A stretch of 64,000 nucleotides of DNA. It comes from a virus (lineage: Duplodnaviria; Heunggongvirae; Uroviricota; Caudoviricetes). The stretch spans positions 89,258 to 153,257 of IMG/VR virus record IMGVR_UViG_3300045921_000484; one strand, written 5' to 3'. A program made the position numbers and the translations under genes. The notes below the pieces were generated by a model. It saw nothing but the letters and a program-made list of their open reading frames with translations. It was not told the origin of the DNA and searched no databases. The stretch's first letter is position 1, and the number at the start of each line of letters is the position of its first letter. Of this stretch, positions 31,037-40,327 are shown in pieces.

Positions 31037-31110
31037 GTACAAATATGAGAAGTAAATTTTTTCATTAAAAAAATTAAACAAATTAAGATTTATTTCTTAT
31101 ATTTGTTTTT
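31037..31110 (+). repeat. Copy of the recurrent intergenic element (ATGAGAAGTAAAT...TTCTTATATTTG) with TAnnTTTG -7 box at 31098-31105.
   Basis: Matches the 49521-49649 element. Most copies lie in the 44.2-51 kb array. Confidence 0.5.
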
Positions 31111-31168
31111 ATATTTAGTTATTTAAATTTTATTGGATTATCAGAAAGTGAAAAAAAATAAAGCATTT

Positions 31169-31297
31169 ATGTTATTGCTCAGTGAAAAAGATTATAAGTT
31201 TTCTGTTGATGTTATAAATAGTGAGAATATAACTTTCATAACAATACTTAAAACTGGTGAGAAAGTTAATTTTATTGATTATGTTAAAAATAATTGA
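31169..31297 (+). CDS. Tiny ORF (42 aa) downstream of the promoter element. Not in the supplied track (under 60 aa).
   Basis: ATG at 31169 to TGA at 31295-31297, read by hand. Confidence 0.25.
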   Translation: MLLLSEKDYKFSVDVINSENITFITILKTGEKVNFIDYVKNN

Positions 31298-31381
31298 ATA
31301 TAACGGTTATAGTAGCCTTTGTAGAATTGTTTATGATAAACTTAATAATACATATATAGAAACAAAACAATTTAAATTGAA

Positions 31382-31603
31382 ATGAAAAAAATCAAAAATT
31401 TCATCAAACAAAATATAAAAAAAATCATTATATTTACATCTCCAATTATCTTATTTATTGACATATATCTGTTTGGTCTGATTTCAGATATGATGAGACA
31501 ACCATCTGATATTACAGTTGTAATAGGTACAATACTTTTCACTGTATTTATTATTTTTAATTATTATTTGATAGTATTCATTAAATCAAAATTTAAAAAT
31601 TAG
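31382..31603 (+). CDS. Small two-TM membrane protein.
   Basis: 73 aa with two hydrophobic helices. Confidence 0.35.
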   Translation: MKKIKNFIKQNIKKIIIFTSPIILFIDIYLFGLISDMMRQPSDITVVIGTILFTVFIIFNYYLIVFIKSKFKN

Positions 31604-31624
31604 TAACCAACAAAAAAATCAAAT

Positions 31625-32398
31625 ATGAAAAAGTCAATTTTATTATCAACATTAGCATTAGTTATGTTAGTAAGCTGCACTAGAATAGATGCAGGACATG
31701 AAGGTATTTTAATAAAACAATATGGTAGTGATCGAGGCGTACAGGATGTATCGCTCGTAACAGGTCGTGTATGGTATAATCCATTTACAGAGGATGTTGA
31801 ACAATATCCGACATTTATTCAGACAATAGATTATGAAGAATTTTCTGTGAATGCAAAGGATGGAAGTGAATTTATGGTAGATCCAACTTTGTCTTTTCAT
31901 GTTATACCGGGCAAATCTCCTGAGATATTTAGAAAGTATAGAAAAAGAATAGAAGAAATAAGCGAGACTACCATTCTTAATTATGTGAAAGATGCTTTCC
32001 GATTACAAATGAATAAATACACCACTGATGAGATAGTTAGCAACAGAGAGAAATTCGAAAACGATGTTCAAAATACTTTATCAGAAGTTCTAAAAAAAGA
32101 AGGGTTTAATTTCGAACAACTAACGAGTGGTTTGCAATATCCTCAGTCAATAGTCGAGGCTGTAAACAACAAAAATAGAGCAGTACAAGAAGCTATGATG
32201 GTTGAGAATCAATTGAAAGTAGCAGAAGCCGAAGCTAAAAAACTTATAATACAAGCAGAAGCTGAAAAAAAGGCTAATGAGTTAAAACAATCATCGTTAA
32301 CTCCAATGTTGATACAAAAAATGTTTATAGAAAAATGGGATGGTAAGACACCACTTTATGGTAATAATAGTCCTACATTTTTTAAAAATGTACAGTGA
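31625..32398 (+). CDS. SPFH/band-7 (prohibitin/stomatin-like) domain lipoprotein.
   Basis: Signal peptide with lipobox LVSC. GHEGILIKQYG start typical of SPFH domain. Coiled-coil AEAEAKKLIIQAEAEKKA. Confidence 0.6.
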   Translation: MKKSILLSTLALVMLVSCTRIDAGHEGILIKQYGSDRGVQDVSLVTGRVWYNPFTEDVEQYPTFIQTIDYEEFSVNAKDGSEFMVDPTLSFHVIPGKSPEIFRKYRKRIEEISETTILNYVKDAFRLQMNKYTTDEIVSNREKFENDVQNTLSEVLKKEGFNFEQLTSGLQYPQSIVEAVNNKNRAVQEAMMVENQLKVAEAEAKKLIIQAEAEKKANELKQSSLTPMLIQKMFIEKWDGKTPLYGNNSPTFFKNVQ

Positions 32399-32442
32399 GA
32401 TACCTAAAAACTTTGATTTTTAGGATTTCTTTTGTCTAAATA

Positions 32443-32472
32443 AAAAGACCAGTTTTAACTGGTCTTTTTTGT
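32443..32472. terminator. Bidirectional intrinsic terminator between convergent genes.
   Basis: AGACCAG-ttttaa-CTGGTCT with A5 upstream and T6 downstream. Confidence 0.7.
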
Positions 32473-33186
32473 TTTTATATGTTCTCTAAGATTATCCCAA
32501 AGTATTTGATGGATATCTTCAATTTGATCATATTTTATTTTGATTAAGTCAATAAAGTTTTCCTCACAATAGTTTTCTTTTATTCTATCCTCATTTTTAA
32601 TAATTTCATATTTTTTTACACCTCCAATTTCATCGATCGGTTCATAATGATATCTACTTCTATATTCTATACAAGTTCTTAAATCTTTAAGATAGAAATT
32701 GAAATTTAAATTTATACCATCAATTTTATTTGTGTATTCTATATTAAACTTATTAAGGAACTTTCTTATCTCATCTAATCCTTCTGAATCAATATCATTA
32801 ATCAATTCTTTTATTATTGATTCTTCTGTTTTTCTAAATTCTGGAGCCATTCCTTCTAAATGTGATGAAGCTCTTTGTTCATAGATAACACCATTATATA
32901 TAATTTTGACATTGTTTAGAGAACCCGTATATTCTGTTAGCGAATAGTCATATTTATCTCCCCATATTTTTTTTGATTCTGAAATAAAATCTTCAGTGGT
33001 TTTTCTTTTAATGTTCTTCTCAGGACATTTACCCATTAGATGTTTAGATACTGTTTGTGTAAATAATTCACCATTAAATTCCAATTTTATTTTATCGGTT
33101 AATATTATCTTATCTGGTAAACCAACATAGTTATACTTATAACCATGTATATTCCTAGCTTTTTCTAAAAATTCCAATTTTTTCAT
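32455..33186 (-). CDS. Hypothetical protein with an internally duplicated module.
   Basis: 243 aa. Two repeats of the form KYNY/KYDY...Y.G.....I....G..F/Y.Q..S.HL.G..PE. Confidence 0.5.
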   Translation of the reverse strand: MKKLEFLEKARNIHGYKYNYVGLPDKIILTDKIKLEFNGELFTQTVSKHLMGKCPEKNIKRKTTEDFISESKKIWGDKYDYSLTEYTGSLNNVKIIYNGVIYEQRASSHLEGMAPEFRKTEESIIKELINDIDSEGLDEIRKFLNKFNIEYTNKIDGINLNFNFYLKDLRTCIEYRSRYHYEPIDEIGGVKKYEIIKNEDRIKENYCEENFIDLIKIKYDQIEDIHQILWDNLREHIKTKKTS

Positions 33187-33208
33187 AGTTTATATATAAA
33201 AAAAATCA

Positions 33209-33253
33209 CTACCCCCTTTCGGAATTTTTTCTAATTTTTTTGAAAGGGGGTAG
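33209..33253. promoter_or_regulatory. 12-bp perfect inverted repeat in the divergent promoter region upstream of the recombinase gene.
   Basis: CTACCCCCTTTC..21 nt..GAAAGGGGGTAG. GC-rich island in AT-rich DNA. Confidence 0.4.
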
Positions 33254-33294
33254 TAAAAAGTTAATATATAAATTATAAAAATTAACAAATTAAA

Positions 33295-34524
33295 ATGGCT
33301 AAAAAAGAAGAGAATAAAAAGAAAAAATTTGAGTTTTCCAAGATTGGTAACATTATGAATAACATTGCAAAAAGTGTTCCTATTATTATTGATGATAAAA
33401 TCAAAGAAAAAAAGTTTATCTCAACCGGTGTTTATTTATTAGATGCTGCTATATCATCTAAACTACTTGGTGGTGGTGTTCAGTCGAATCGTATTACTGT
33501 ATTTGCTGGTGAATCTGGAACAGGTAAGTCGTTCTTAGCATATTCAGTTGCTAAACATGCTCAAAAAGAAGGATATGGTATTATTTATATCGATACAGAG
33601 TATTCAGTTGAGTTAGATGAACTACCTAAATTTGGTTTAGATGCTTCTCCTGATAAATTCATTCTTGTTAGATCTAATAAAGTTGAAGATATCAATATCA
33701 CATTGACTCAGTTATTAGATACATTGAAAGAACAAAAGTTGGCAGGTCAAGATATTCAACCAATGATGATTATACTTGACTCTATTGGTCAAATGGCATC
33801 ATATAAAGAAAAGTCTGATTTATTAAAAGGTGATATTAAACAAGATATGACTAAAGCTAAGGCAATTGGCTCATTATTTCGTTCGATTAATACAGACCTT
33901 GGTTTCTTAGATATCCCAATGATTGTTTGTAACCATACCTACCTAACACAAGACCTCTTTCCACAAGAGGTGCTCAAAGGTGGTCGTTCATTGGTTTATT
34001 CGGCATCGGTTATTGGTATGATGTCTAAGTCTAAATTAAAGACTGGTGAAGAAGATGATATGGATTTAGGTCAATCAGGTATTACAGTTCTATTTAAGAC
34101 TGCTAAAAATCGTTTAGCTAAACCTAAAAAGATTAGATTTGATATTTCATTTAATAATGGTATGAATCCATATACTGGATTAGATGCTTTCTGTCGTCCA
34201 GAGTTTTTTGATAAAATTGGTATTGCTCAAGGTAAAATGGAGGTTGATAAATCAACCGGTGAGATTAAATTTATACCGGGTGGCAATCGTTGGTATGTAA
34301 GACATTTGGATAAATCTGTTACAACAAAGATGTTATTTACACCAGAAGTATTTACAATGGATGTTTTGAAGGCAATGGAACCAATTGTTAATGACTACTT
34401 TAGATATAAGTCACTTGCTGAAATTGAAGAGGTTGAAAAACAATTTAATAGTATTGTTGAATCGGATGAAGACGATTCTGATGGATTTCTTGATAGTTCT
34501 GATGCTGAAGACTTATTCAGTTAA
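33295..34524 (+). CDS. RecA-superfamily recombinase (UvsX/RecA-like).
   Basis: 409 aa. Walker A FAGESGTGKSFLA, Walker B-like MMIILDSIGQMAS. Acidic C-terminal tail. Confidence 0.65.
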   Translation: MAKKEENKKKKFEFSKIGNIMNNIAKSVPIIIDDKIKEKKFISTGVYLLDAAISSKLLGGGVQSNRITVFAGESGTGKSFLAYSVAKHAQKEGYGIIYIDTEYSVELDELPKFGLDASPDKFILVRSNKVEDINITLTQLLDTLKEQKLAGQDIQPMMIILDSIGQMASYKEKSDLLKGDIKQDMTKAKAIGSLFRSINTDLGFLDIPMIVCNHTYLTQDLFPQEVLKGGRSLVYSASVIGMMSKSKLKTGEEDDMDLGQSGITVLFKTAKNRLAKPKKIRFDISFNNGMNPYTGLDAFCRPEFFDKIGIAQGKMEVDKSTGEIKFIPGGNRWYVRHLDKSVTTKMLFTPEVFTMDVLKAMEPIVNDYFRYKSLAEIEEVEKQFNSIVESDEDDSDGFLDSSDAEDLFS

Positions 34525-34534
34525 AAAAAATTAA

Positions 34535-34753
34535 TTGTATAACATGAGGTATAAGTTATATGAAATATTAAGACAGAGAAATATAGATAATATAAATATC
34601 CCTTGGGATGATCTATATCTAGCTGGAATGGATAATGTTAAATCTGAAATAGAATTTTATTTTGATAAAAAATATACTTGTGAATCTGTTATACAAGAAT
34701 TATTTATCAGAGGAGTGATAAAATATATAGAAAAGAAAAAGACCGTTAGTTAA
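34535..34753 (+). CDS. Small hypothetical protein.
   Basis: 72-aa ORF that ends in the terminator hairpin. Confidence 0.35.
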   Translation: MYNMRYKLYEILRQRNIDNINIPWDDLYLAGMDNVKSEIEFYFDKKYTCESVIQELFIRGVIKYIEKKKTVS

Positions 34754-34766
34754 CGGTCTTTTTTAT
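34736..34766 (+). terminator. Intrinsic terminator.
   Basis: AAGACCGTTA-gt-TAACGGTCTT then T6. Confidence 0.7.
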
Positions 34767-34914
34767 TTACTTCTCATATTTGAAAATTTTATATTTAATT
34801 TTTGAAAAAAACTTTTGTGTTTGTTAATTTGGATCGCACCCTTCTCAGATGTCAAATAGTTCAAGGGTTTCTAGTGAATTTTTAAAATTTTATTTATTTT
34901 TAACTAAATTTTCT

Positions 34915-35172
34915 TTAATAACTACTTATTTGAGGTAGATATTCTTTAAGAACACTCAATGTTTCTTTGTCACTTGGAAAATACCAAATTTCATTATCAA
35001 ATAATGATACTTTACCATTTGAAATTAAATTTTCAAGAGCTGGCTCAGAAGAAAACATTTCTTCCTCTTCATTGCTTATTTCTAATCTAGCACTTCCAGA
35101 TTCTTCAGGTCCAGGCACTACATTTTCATCATCAATAGATTCTTTTATAAAATCATTCCACTTTTTAATCAT
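34915..35172 (-). CDS. Small acidic hypothetical protein.
   Basis: 85-aa ORF. The overlapping + strand ORF (34967..35203) is low complexity, so the - strand is preferred. Confidence 0.4.
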   Translation of the reverse strand: MIKKWNDFIKESIDDENVVPGPEESGSARLEISNEEEEMFSSEPALENLISNGKVSLFDNEIWYFPSDKETLSVLKEYLPQISSY

Positions 35173-35386
35173 AATATTCTTTATTTTTCACTGTATATAT
35201 TAAAATATAAATTGTAAAAAATAAAATAATTTCTTATATTTGATTTTAATTAAATATTAAATTATTTGGTAGACGCTTTGAAATTAGATAAATAGAAGTT
35301 AAGTTTGAAATTAATATACCAAAAGACAGAATGAGAGATATGAAACTTGATTGGTTAATTAGTTAAAAAATTAATATATTTGTAAT

Positions 35387-35992
35387 ATGAGATACGAGAA
35401 ACAAAATGTATTTTTTATCAGTGATTTCCATATTGGACACAAGAATGTAATTAGGTTTGATGGAAGACCTTTTAATGATACTGATGAAATGCATGAAGAA
35501 TTAATTAAGCGTTGGAATAGTGTAGTTGATGATGATGATATTGTCTATTACCTTGGTGATCTTTCTTTCACTCGTGATGATGTAACTAAATGGTTCATCT
35601 ACTCACTTAAAGGTAAAATCTTTTATATTTTAGGAAACCACGATAAGAAAAGAGATATTTCTAAATTCGGTAGATGGGAAGATATTCATGAATACGGAAC
35701 TGAAATCTTTATTAAAGATGATGAAGTTAAATCCGCTAGAGGTTCTGGTGGATATCAACAAATTATAATGTCACATTACCCAATACTAAGTTGGAACAGA
35801 CAACATTATGGTAGTTGGCATTTACACGGTCATTGTCACGGAAGTTTGATGAAATCTAACCAAGATTACTACAAACGTAAAGTGATTGATGTTGGTTGTA
35901 ACTGTATTGATTACACGCCGATTTCTTATCAAGGTGTTAAGGATGTAATGACCAAGAAAGTAATTTCAGCTGTTGATCATCATGGTGAGTAA
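35387..35992 (+). CDS. Calcineurin-like metallophosphoesterase.
   Basis: DFHIGH, GDLSF..D, GNHD and HLHGHCHG motifs in canonical order. 201 aa. Confidence 0.75.
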   Translation: MRYEKQNVFFISDFHIGHKNVIRFDGRPFNDTDEMHEELIKRWNSVVDDDDIVYYLGDLSFTRDDVTKWFIYSLKGKIFYILGNHDKKRDISKFGRWEDIHEYGTEIFIKDDEVKSARGSGGYQQIIMSHYPILSWNRQHYGSWHLHGHCHGSLMKSNQDYYKRKVIDVGCNCIDYTPISYQGVKDVMTKKVISAVDHHGE

Positions 35993-36072
35993 AGACATCA
36001 ATAAGATTGAGTGTGAGAAGGCATTTGTGAAGATGCAGTTGAATTCTATTTATGGTGATTTAATCAGTAGAG

Positions 36073-36390
36073 GTGATTCAATCAGTAGATCAGAAATTAA
36101 ATCATTTAACTTATATAAGTTATATAAGTCATATAATAGAAGAATTAAAAGAATTAAAATTATTGGTAGAATATATAAGTGAAAAAGATTTATATGATAA
36201 ATACGACTATGTAAGTCGAGTTTATTGCGTTAAACCATATAAGACTATTGTTCCAGGTAGAAGTTACCAGATAAAAGGTAGGGGAAACTTGGAATTTAAT
36301 GCTGATCCTGAGGTAAATGGTAGGAAAGGTTATGTGCTTTGTATAGAAGATGAGTGGGTTAATTCGGATAGATGGAAGATTATTTTATAA
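36073..36390 (+). CDS. Small hypothetical protein.
   Basis: 105-aa ORF. Confidence 0.35.
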   Translation: MIQSVDQKLNHLTYISYISHIIEELKELKLLVEYISEKDLYDKYDYVSRVYCVKPYKTIVPGRSYQIKGRGNLEFNADPEVNGRKGYVLCIEDEWVNSDRWKIIL

Positions 36391-36451
36391 CCGATGGGGA
36401 ATATTATAAATCTTATCATAGAGATCAATTATTAATAAGTTTAGATATTGA

Positions 36452-37327
36452 ATGAGAGACATAAAGGGATTTTGTAAGCTTTTTGACTTGAATGTTCCGG
36501 CTTACGAGGAATTTGAATATTATATTGAACAACTTTCTAAGGTAGATAAATGGAAAAACCTCAGAGAGTTGATTTTGCTTTATGAAAAGGCCGAAGAAAA
36601 GTTTGGTGATTTATTTGATTATCGAATTAAAAAATCAAATGAGTTGATTGAATTTCTTCGAAATACTCGTGCTTATAATGAATTAAATGATGATAATTTA
36701 ATTCCGGATTATCCAACAACTAAGAATTTTCAATATGAAGATGATGTGAAATATCTTTCAATAGATATTAAGAAAGCCAATTGGGTCGTACTTAAAAAGT
36801 ATGATCCGCCCTTTTTAAATGAACTGGGTGATTCATATGATGCCTTACTTGATAAGTTTGGTATTCCCGAATTATTCAGACATTCTAAACAATTCAGGCA
36901 GTATATCTTTGGTAATATAAACCCAAGAAGACAGGGTAAGGCTCAGAGAGTAATTATAGAAGATGTTATATCTATGTATAAACATCTTGGTCTACAAATT
37001 GCCTGTGTTAAGAATGATGAGGTTATATATACATATAAAGATAATTCACAAATTAAAGAGATATTGAGTACGGTTGATAGAGATTTATTTAAAATTAAAC
37101 TTTTTACTGTAAAAAGAATACAAGATTTCCGTATAAACTTTTATACCGATGAAGATGGTAACTATACACACAAAGAAATGATTGGATGTAATGGTAATCA
37201 ATTCTTTATGTTATTAAAGAAGTATATTATAGAAGAGCCTCTCGATATAAGAGACCTTTATTTTAGAATGGATGGAAATTTGGCGATTTGGATGGTTGAT
37301 GGATTGAATGTGAAACTAAATGATTGA
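36452..37327 (+). CDS. Hypothetical protein.
   Basis: 291-aa ORF. Confidence 0.5.
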   Translation: MRDIKGFCKLFDLNVPAYEEFEYYIEQLSKVDKWKNLRELILLYEKAEEKFGDLFDYRIKKSNELIEFLRNTRAYNELNDDNLIPDYPTTKNFQYEDDVKYLSIDIKKANWVVLKKYDPPFLNELGDSYDALLDKFGIPELFRHSKQFRQYIFGNINPRRQGKAQRVIIEDVISMYKHLGLQIACVKNDEVIYTYKDNSQIKEILSTVDRDLFKIKLFTVKRIQDFRINFYTDEDGNYTHKEMIGCNGNQFFMLLKKYIIEEPLDIRDLYFRMDGNLAIWMVDGLNVKLND

Positions 37328-37943
37328 TATATTTGACAAAAAACCAATTAACTTGACAAATGTTGTTTGTCACTCTGGTGGTGCTGAAGGATCAGATACC
37401 GCCTGGGAGAGAATTGGTGAAGAGTTTGGTGTTGTTACTAAAGCTTGGTCTTATAAGACAAAGAATCATACATCACCAAATAAAGTCGAATTATCGGATG
37501 AAGATTATAAGGAAGGAATTAAAGAAATTAATAGGGCAAATAAGTGGCTTAATAGATATGGAATTCATAAGTATATGAATCTTTTGGCTCGAAATTGGGC
37601 TCAAGTTAAATACTCAGATCAAATATTTGCAATTGGTACTATAATTAGACCTGGAGATAAAAACTCTAAAGGTTACTATAATAAGGGTAAATATGATACT
37701 GTCGATGGTGGAACTGGATATGCAGTTATGATGGGTATTAATAACGAGAAAGAAGTCTTTGTATTTGATCAAGTAAGAGATAAGTGGTTTAGATGGTCGT
37801 ATTCAAGTATTTCATTTGTTGAAATGAATGAAGTTCCGAAAATTGAATCTCAGAATTTTGCTGGTATTGGTACAAGACAGTTACAACCCAATGGGCTAAA
37901 AGCTATTAGGGATGTCTACGAAAAAACATTTCAGAAAAAATAA
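37320..37943 (+). CDS. Hypothetical protein with Rossmann-like glycine-rich motif (DprA/SLOG/LOG-like, tentative).
   Basis: VVCHSGGAEGSDTAWERIGEEFG near the N-terminus. 207 aa. Overlaps the previous gene by 8 nt. Confidence 0.45.
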   Translation: MIDIFDKKPINLTNVVCHSGGAEGSDTAWERIGEEFGVVTKAWSYKTKNHTSPNKVELSDEDYKEGIKEINRANKWLNRYGIHKYMNLLARNWAQVKYSDQIFAIGTIIRPGDKNSKGYYNKGKYDTVDGGTGYAVMMGINNEKEVFVFDQVRDKWFRWSYSSISFVEMNEVPKIESQNFAGIGTRQLQPNGLKAIRDVYEKTFQKK

Positions 37944-37952
37944 AAATAGAAT

Positions 37953-38423
37953 ATGACAAAAACAATTTTAACCTTAGATGGTAAGAAAAAACTACAAGAA
38001 GAACTACATTTCCTATCTACCATAGAAAAAGCAAGATTAATAGGTGAACTAGCTGATGCTAGAGACCGAGGTGGTGTGGTTGAAAATAGCGAGTATGATA
38101 TTGCTAAGGAAGAATATGAGAAGCTACAATCTAAAATAGCAAAGATTGAAGAGACTCTAAGCAATTGTACTCTTGTTAGTAAACATGATGTTGATACAAG
38201 TGAAGTAAATATTTTAACAACGGTGAAGGTTTTAAATGTTAAAAATAACAAAGAATTTAGTTTTACAATTGTTCCTGAGAACGAAATTAATATTAAACAA
38301 GGAAAAATATCAATCAATAGTCCAATTGGTGCTGGTTTGCTTAGTAAAAAGGTAGGAGAAACAGTTAGTGTAACAACACCTGGTGGAATAATTGAATTTA
38401 AAATTTTAGAAATAACAACATGA
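37953..38423 (+). CDS. greA: Transcription elongation factor, GreA/GreB family.
   Basis: 156 aa. N-terminal coiled-coil (LTLDGKKKLQEEL..L........IGELADARDRGGVVENSEYDIAKEE), C-terminal FKBP-like (KISINSPIGAGLL.KKVGE...V.TPGG....KI). Confidence 0.75.
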   Translation: MTKTILTLDGKKKLQEELHFLSTIEKARLIGELADARDRGGVVENSEYDIAKEEYEKLQSKIAKIEETLSNCTLVSKHDVDTSEVNILTTVKVLNVKNNKEFSFTIVPENEINIKQGKISINSPIGAGLLSKKVGETVSVTTPGGIIEFKILEITT

Positions 38424-38821
38424 TTATAAGTTTCGACTTTGATGGCACATTGGATGATGAGTTTGGTGGTATTCCTAATCCACAAAAATACGAGATTCAG
38501 AAAATAGCTAAAAACTATGTTTCTGATCCTGATAATAGAGTAATGATTATTACTAAGAGGTATGATATGAATAACTCACATCGTGGACTAAAAAATGAAC
38601 ACGTTAGAGTATTTGAATTGGCAAAGGAGTTGGGAATTACTGAGGTTCATTTCACTAATCGAGAAATGAAATTTTCAACTATTATTAGATTGAATGTTAA
38701 TATGCACTTTGAAAATTCAAAATATGAGGTTGATTTAATAAATCAATCTTGTGAAGAACATAATCATAATTGTATTGTTGTTCCTGTGGAAGAACCACAC
38801 TGGAGAGATTTAGTTTATTAA
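38420..38821 (+). CDS. Hypothetical protein.
   Basis: 133 aa. ATGA overlap with greA stop. Confidence 0.45.
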   Translation: MIISFDFDGTLDDEFGGIPNPQKYEIQKIAKNYVSDPDNRVMIITKRYDMNNSHRGLKNEHVRVFELAKELGITEVHFTNREMKFSTIIRLNVNMHFENSKYEVDLINQSCEEHNHNCIVVPVEEPHWRDLVY

Positions 38822-38870
38822 TATGGCAGATTTTTTTTGTAAAATATAAAATTAGTAAAAAATATTAAAA

Positions 38871-39044
38871 ATGAAAACATATACTTGTATTAAAGATAAA
38901 GTCTTCATCTTTCAAGGTAGTTTTAATGGTAAATATGAATTTAAGGTTGGTGATACTATCACTTGTAATTTTGATGGAAGATTCTATATTTTCCCAAATG
39001 GTGGGAAGGTATATAGTGAAATTTTTAAGAAATATTTCATTTAA
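38871..39044 (+). CDS. Small ORF (57 aa). Preferred over the overlapping 38865..39083(-) and 38926..39114(+) track ORFs.
   Basis: A-rich leader then ATG. Its 3' half is duplicated as a fragment at 48827-48921, which supports this frame and strand. Confidence 0.4.
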   Translation: MKTYTCIKDKVFIFQGSFNGKYEFKVGDTITCNFDGRFYIFPNGGKVYSEIFKKYFI

Positions 39045-39314
39045 TTTTTTATTTTTTAAAGCTTGGTGGTTTAAGAATTCCAAAGTGTATAGTTATTGTT
39101 ATGCGACATCCTGATGATTTTGATTTTTTAAAAAAAAAACTTAGAATCAATGTAAAAAAGTTGAAAAAAACATTTTTAATTCTTTCCTTCGCGCTTGTTC
39201 GAGTCTTTTATAGTCTGCTGGAGGTGTAGGAAGAGGTATAATTTGGAAAGCATGAACATATAAAACATATTTATTTCCATTGATATAATAGTAAAATAAT
39301 TCTTATTATGTCTT

Positions 39315-39692
39315 ATGAATATAGGCAATGATGACAAGTCAACACAAAGTGAAAAAATTAAATTGAATTTAGATAATCCTATTTTTGTTTTTTATATCAA
39401 TGTTGAGGGTTATTCTACAGAAAGAGCAAACGAAATATTAAAAGTTTGTCAAAAAAATTATAATATTTACGAGAATGCTACCGTTTGGATAGTCGCATCT
39501 GATGTTACGAAGATTGAGTGTATTTATGATGGATGTGTTAAGAATAGAAAAGTGGAATTAACTGAGTTAATAAAACAAATAAATAGCAGGATAGAGGTTA
39601 TTTCTCAATCTCACAACTTTGAGGATTTCAAAATAAATATTAGAGATTGGAGAATAGAAAGTTTAATAAATGGTAATAAAGAAGAATTATAG
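39315..39692 (+). CDS. Hypothetical protein.
   Basis: 125-aa ORF. Confidence 0.45.
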   Translation: MNIGNDDKSTQSEKIKLNLDNPIFVFYINVEGYSTERANEILKVCQKNYNIYENATVWIVASDVTKIECIYDGCVKNRKVELTELIKQINSRIEVISQSHNFEDFKINIRDWRIESLINGNKEEL

Positions 39693-39850
39693 TGAATGGT
39701 CGTCCTGTCAGCAATGATTATTCTTATAATGATTCTTATTTGTACTGAGATTATTATACATTTTTTTAGTACTTGGATATATCGTGTATCATTGATTTCA
39801 AAGGAAATTTGGTCTAATTTGGAAGGATGGGATGTTAGTTATTTGTTCTG

Positions 39851-40108
39851 TTGTTGATAATGGTGTTATCAAGTTTAAGGATGATATTTTGGATAATTCA
39901 AAAAAGTCTATATATTTGTATAAATATAAATAAGGAAAAAGTTATGGATATCAATATAGTGATTAATGACTACATTGAAAACTTCGATATTGAAGTTGGA
40001 AGTTTCAATGACTTTATTACTATGGCTCAAGATTATAAAAACAGTCAGGAGTTAGAATCAATAAATAAGATGGAAGCCATTGATAGTACCAATGACTTAC
40101 CGTTTTAA
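39851..40108 (+). CDS. Small hypothetical protein.
   Basis: 85-aa ORF. Likely true start is an internal Met (MDINIV...). Confidence 0.3.
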   Translation: MLIMVLSSLRMIFWIIQKSLYICININKEKVMDINIVINDYIENFDIEVGSFNDFITMAQDYKNSQELESINKMEAIDSTNDLPF

Positions 40109-40114
40109 TAATTA

Positions 40115-40185
40115 GGTCTGGTGGCTGAGCATTTAGGCGGAGCCCTGCAAAGGCTCATACGGTGGTTAAAATCCATCCCAGACCT
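40115..40185 (+). tRNA. tRNA-like element with canonical cloverleaf geometry and anticodon GCA (Cys). Divergent D- and T-loops, possibly a pseudo-tRNA.
   Basis: Acceptor GGTCTGG/CCAGACC (7 bp). Anticodon stem GAGCC/GGCTC with loop CTGCAAA (U33, GCA, A37). 4-nt variable loop. T-stem GGTGG/CCATC with 7-nt loop TTAAAAT. 15-nt D-arm. 71 nt total. GC-rich island followed by T9. Confidence 0.5.
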
Positions 40186-40327
40186 CTAATTTTTTTTTAT
40201 ATCATTTAAGAAATTCGAAAATCGATCTAAAAGGATACTCTTAGATTTGGTCTTAGTTATAAAGTTTACAAAGTTTCTCTAAGGAGAAAAGAATCAGGAT
40301 TCAAACTATCTATTTAATTAAAATTTA

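Noticed and set aside
39084-39314. 230-nt ORF-free region with a GTTCGAGTC (T-loop-like) motif and a GC-richer core. Considered as a second tRNA or ncRNA.
   Set aside because: I could not build a cloverleaf or any stable long stem around the motif on either strand. Left as an unexplained intergenic region rather than an RNA gene.
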